From Candidatus Iainarchaeum sp. (GTDB taxonomy: Archaea > Iainarchaeota > Iainarchaeia > Iainarchaeales > DTGL01): 29,586 bases of DNA. The notes beneath the pieces are model-generated. The model was not told where the DNA came from, did not search any database, and saw only the letters and a list, made by a program, of their open reading frames with translations. This document shows positions 26,535-29,586 of this stretch, one piece after another (within the stretch, counting starts at the first letter, position 1; each line of letters begins with the position of its first letter). Where the stretch lies: positions 65,247 to 94,832 of the forward strand of contig JAOAJX010000005.1 of NCBI GenBank assembly GCA_026413945.1, in the 5' to 3' direction. Position numbers and translations under genes: made by a program.

Positions 26535-27893
26535 TTAAAATTTGTAAAATTCCTTTTCCTTAAAGCCGAAGAGCTTGGCAATAATAACGAAGGGGAATTG
26601 TTGCACTAATGTATTATATTTCAGCACTGTCTTGTTGTAAAATCCCCTAAAGTATGCTATATTTTCCTCTATTGCAACAATTCTGCCTTGGAGGTCCAAG
26701 AATACTTCACTTGCCTTTAGATCGGGGTAATTTTCTACCGAAATAATAAGATCTTTTAGCAACCCTTCTTTTTCCATATACTCCAACAAGTTCTCTTTTA
26801 TAAGCCTTTCACCAAGTTGAATTCTTAATTTCGTCACTAAATCTTGCACATCTCTTTCATATTTTGCGTATCTGCCAACTGCTTTAGCCAATTCAGGCAA
26901 AAGGTCATTTCTTTTCTTGAGCTCAATCATTATTTGGCTGCTGGCGTTTTCACATCTTTTTTCGAGTGTTACAAAGCGGTTGTAGCTTGTATATACTACT
27001 CTCGCCAAAATGATTGCCAAAGCAACTCCAAAGTAAATCATGGGCAGGCCAAAAAAATGGTTTGCAAGCCAGAAAATAAGAATTGAGCCCAGGAGAAGCA
27101 GCAGGTTTGACTGATAGAAAAAATTATCCCCCTTTGCAAATTCTTCGAGGTATTTTTCCTTGTCTTTTATGCTCACTATTAGTGGCATTTCAGCGCTTTC
27201 TGCAATGAATTTTTTCCCATTTTCTTCATAAACCCACCCATTTACAAAAACCATATCACCTTCTTTAAGCACATATTCTGAAGCGCGGCATAATTCGCTA
27301 ACTTTAAGAAAAAGGAACTGTGTCGGTCTATTAAAATTCTGCATTTTAGCCGTCTCATGTACATCTAACTCACTGTTATCATAATCAACAAATCTTAAAT
27401 CTTTGTTTTGCTTGGCTAGTTTTATATGGCTACCTAATACCGAATCAACATTTCTCAAGTCTACACTTATACTTCCTGACTTATCTATCACTTCAAAATG
27501 CACATAATTCATTTTGTTGACATCAACACGCCAATAGCTATGTTTGCCTGATTGGACATATTTTTCTTCAATGTAATGGTAAAACACACATGGCGTTTTT
27601 GTAAATGGGCTATTGAGAAGAGGCTCTTTTGCAACTATTTTGCCGTAAACCTGTGCTGGTGTGCCAGGCGTACAGAATTTTGCAGGAATAATCGGCTGCC
27701 TTTGTATTTTGTAGAGAATGGAATCATAGCGTTCCCATTTCCTTGTAAAGATGAATGTTGCAATAACAAGTGAACCCCCCACTATAAAAGCGGAGACTGG
27801 CCACATCTCGATTTTATTCAATGTAAGTAATATTACAAAAATAATAATTACTGAAAGAACTGTTATGACGTGCAATATATTGATTCTTTCCAT
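26535..27893 (-). CDS. GIDE-like domain fused to LemA domain; membrane protein
   Basis: C-terminal LemA motifs (YNRFV, LKKRNDLLPEL, ENYPDLKAS, YN..V..YN..QQFP..IIA..FGF). Central GIDE-like segment (VYG..PLLNSP..PCVFY..FEVIDKSGSISVD..EYVLKEGDMVFVNG) flanked by TM pairs. Start is probably ATG27893 after GAAGGTG; ATG27959 is the alternative. Confidence 0.85.
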   Translation of the reverse strand: MERINILHVITVLSVIIIFVILLTLNKIEMWPVSAFIVGGSLVIATFIFTRKWERYDSILYKIQRQPIIPAKFCTPGTPAQVYGKIVAKEPLLNSPFTKTPCVFYHYIEEKYVQSGKHSYWRVDVNKMNYVHFEVIDKSGSISVDLRNVDSVLGSHIKLAKQNKDLRFVDYDNSELDVHETAKMQNFNRPTQFLFLKVSELCRASEYVLKEGDMVFVNGWVYEENGKKFIAESAEMPLIVSIKDKEKYLEEFAKGDNFFYQSNLLLLLGSILIFWLANHFFGLPMIYFGVALAIILARVVYTSYNRFVTLEKRCENASSQIMIELKKRNDLLPELAKAVGRYAKYERDVQDLVTKLRIQLGERLIKENLLEYMEKEGLLKDLIISVENYPDLKASEVFLDLQGRIVAIEENIAYFRGFYNKTVLKYNTLVQQFPFVIIAKLFGFKEKEFYKF

Positions 27894-27973
27894 TGCAGCA
27901 CCTTCACTTGCTCTTCCTTTTGCCTTTGTTTTGGTTGCCTTGAGACAACCATTTTGCATTAAATGACCAAAAG

Positions 27974-28879
27974 CTACCTCCTTTTTGCTTGAAAGGCATT
28001 TTGTATTAAGCTCTTATCAAAGGCATAATGCAACTTTCCTGTTTTTGCATAAATATACAAAGCAGCCCTGAAGATTCCATCAAGACTCACTTGCAATATT
28101 ATGAGCACTAGCAAATAAATTAATGCTACAATTAGGTCTACAATAGGAAAAACATAATTTACAAATAAAAAAGCCCGAATAACAATTATTGCGCCAACTA
28201 AGCCCAAAAGGAAAAATACAAGGCCAATTGTTGCTTGTCCAATTATGTTTTCACCCCATGTTTTCTTGAAAAGCTTGCCAGAGCGTTTAATTGCTTCGAT
28301 TGGTCCAACTCCCTCAAAAATCATTATTGGAACCACAAAAAAAGTCAACAGGCTCCAACCCATACCCACCAAAGAGACTACTACTTGCCAGAATATGTCG
28401 CTTTTACCATTTCTACCCTCCAAAGCTTTAAGAACTATTCCTACTGTAGCAGAAATTACAGCCCAAAAAACTATTTTGTCAATATTTTTAACTGCGCTTA
28501 TAAGGCCGTCTCGTACTTTTGGGTCTCCACCATTCAGCCTTATATATGCACAAGTAATCAACCCAACATTAAAAAATATTACTATAAAATAAGCCAAAAA
28601 GTAAAAAGCGAAAAGCAACAAAATAATAAAAGGGATATGTTGATAGATTGTGCTTCTTTCGGTGACAACCATAACCATGCTCCCAGGCCCAACATTGTAA
28701 GTGCGGATATGGCTTTGAGGTTGTTCTAGTAAAGGTAACAAAGGAATGAGAAAAGAAAATAGCAATAAAACTATAAATATCCCGCTGAATATCGGAAAAA
28801 GCATTATTTCCTTATCCTTTTTCAAGACCTCAAAGCTTGCTTTAACTAAGCCCCAACTCCTAGACAATTTATCGAACAT
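27974..28879 (-). CDS. DUF6159-like polytopic membrane protein
   Basis: RSWGLVKASFEVLKKDKEIMLFP, WAVISATVG, AIKRS..LFKKTWGE and IFRAALY..A..G motifs; GGTGA RBS. Confidence 0.8.
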   Translation of the reverse strand: MFDKLSRSWGLVKASFEVLKKDKEIMLFPIFSGIFIVLLLFSFLIPLLPLLEQPQSHIRTYNVGPGSMVMVVTERSTIYQHIPFIILLLFAFYFLAYFIVIFFNVGLITCAYIRLNGGDPKVRDGLISAVKNIDKIVFWAVISATVGIVLKALEGRNGKSDIFWQVVVSLVGMGWSLLTFFVVPIMIFEGVGPIEAIKRSGKLFKKTWGENIIGQATIGLVFFLLGLVGAIIVIRAFLFVNYVFPIVDLIVALIYLLVLIILQVSLDGIFRAALYIYAKTGKLHYAFDKSLIQNAFQAKRR

Positions 28880-28911
28880 TTTTTCACCTTTTTTACAATA
28901 GCTAAAATTTA

Positions 28912-28984
28912 TGCCCCGGCCGGGATTTGAACCCGGGTTGCCAGCTTGAGAGGCTGGAGTGCTTAACCCCTACACCACCGGGGC
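28912..28984 (-). tRNA. tRNA-Glu(CTC)
   Basis: GCCCCGG/CCGGGGC-A acceptor, GTGT/GCAC D stem, CCAGC-CTCTCAA-GCTGG anticodon arm, CCGGG-TTCAAAT-CCCGG T arm. Confidence 0.97.
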
Positions 28985-29128
28985 TTTTTATAGAGCCAAT
29001 ATTACTTATTTCTCGCATTATAGATTTAAAAATGCTGTTGCAATATTCTATTGAAAACCGATGAAGAGACCGCTGAGCACTGACCTGTTGGAATGAAGTC
29101 AAAATTGAGTTCTGAGGTTTTCATATTT

Positions 29129-29470
29129 TTACGCTTTGCCCTTAAATTTAATCTTTGGCTTTTCCAGCGCCTCTTCTTTTAAGGCCTTTCCCTCAAATAA
29201 CTCTGATGCACCTGTTGCAATGCAGAAAATGCCAATTATAGTTTTTGCAATACCGTAGAGCACCCCCAGCATAAATAACACACTTAAAATTTGGACAAAT
29301 CCTGGGTTTGTGCCTTGATCAAAGAACTCTTTCTCCTGTTCCATGGTTGATGCTATCTTTCCAAACTCTGATGAAAGGGAAAAACAAAAATAGCTTATTA
29401 GAACGCCCTCAATACCAAAAACTATGCCGATCAAAATAAAAGAAATGTTTTTTTTATCCATAGATGCCAC
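29129..29470 (-). CDS. Small membrane protein (2 TM)
   Basis: Two hydrophobic segments and a basic tail; start is GTG29470 or ATG29461. Confidence 0.75.
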   Translation of the reverse strand: MASMDKKNISFILIGIVFGIEGVLISYFCFSLSSEFGKIASTMEQEKEFFDQGTNPGFVQILSVLFMLGVLYGIAKTIIGIFCIATGASELFEGKALKEEALEKPKIKFKGKA

Positions 29471-29477
29471 ATTGCTT

Positions 29478-29585
29478 CTACTCTGGTGGTACCGGTATCA
29501 AGTCTTCGGCTGGCATAGTTGGAGGCAACTCAGGAGGCAGTTCAGGAATAGTAACTGAAAATAAAGGTTTGCTAGTTTCAAGTGA
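29478..29585 (-). CDS. 3' end of a gene entering from the right edge, with a proline-rich C-terminus
   Basis: Own translation: ...SLETSKPLFSVTIPELPPELPPTMPAEDLIPVPPE*, stopping 7 bp before the next CDS. Confidence 0.6.
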   Translation of the reverse strand, partial: SLETSKPLFSVTIPELPPELPPTMPAEDLIPVPPE

Positions 29586-29586
29586 A

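Noticed and set aside
22315-28984. Integrated element at one of the tRNAs
   Set aside because: No duplicated tRNA 3' end, integrase or transposase seen in the window.
29041-29053. CAATA-ttc-TATTG inverted repeat upstream of tRNA-Glu
   Set aside because: Only 5-bp AT-rich arms with spacing different from the hsp20 operator; likely chance.
28902-29102. 66-aa ORF
   Set aside because: Runs through tRNA-Glu and its promoter region.

Overview
Archaeal chromosomal window with GGTGA/GGAGG ribosome-binding sites and TATA-type promoters. Divergent housekeeping proteins suggest a DPANN-type lineage, possibly Iainarchaeota/Diapherotrites (inference only). The left half, on the minus strand, is the conserved transcription-translation cluster rpo5-rpo2N-rpo2C-rpo1-eL30-nusA-uS12-uS7-aEF2-aEF1A-uS10. 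It is followed by a 47-aa archease C-terminal fragment that the ORF track missed. The RNA polymerase is unusual: Rpo1 is one fused A'+A'' chain while Rpo2 is split, and several normally near-invariant residues around the NTP site are changed (trigger loop TKH instead of TFH, bridge helix RQGE, Rpo2 NMLD instead of NxED, divergent link motif). The middle holds an hsp20-hsp20-cdc48 operon divergent from a winged-HTH gene, with a three-part palindromic operator candidate between them. The right half carries a DUF296 gene, an orphan SPPY-type DNA methyltransferase, a compact pentameric ligand-gated ion channel (pLGIC) converging on two tandem stomatin/SPFH genes, tRNA-Thr/DUF116/DUF2666/intron-containing tRNA-Tyr, a gamma-carbonic-anhydrase-like gene, a class II aldolase-like gene, a GIDE-LemA fusion, DUF6159 and tRNA-Glu. 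No transposon, integrase or CRISPR array was seen. All family calls come from motif recognition by eye; no searches were run.
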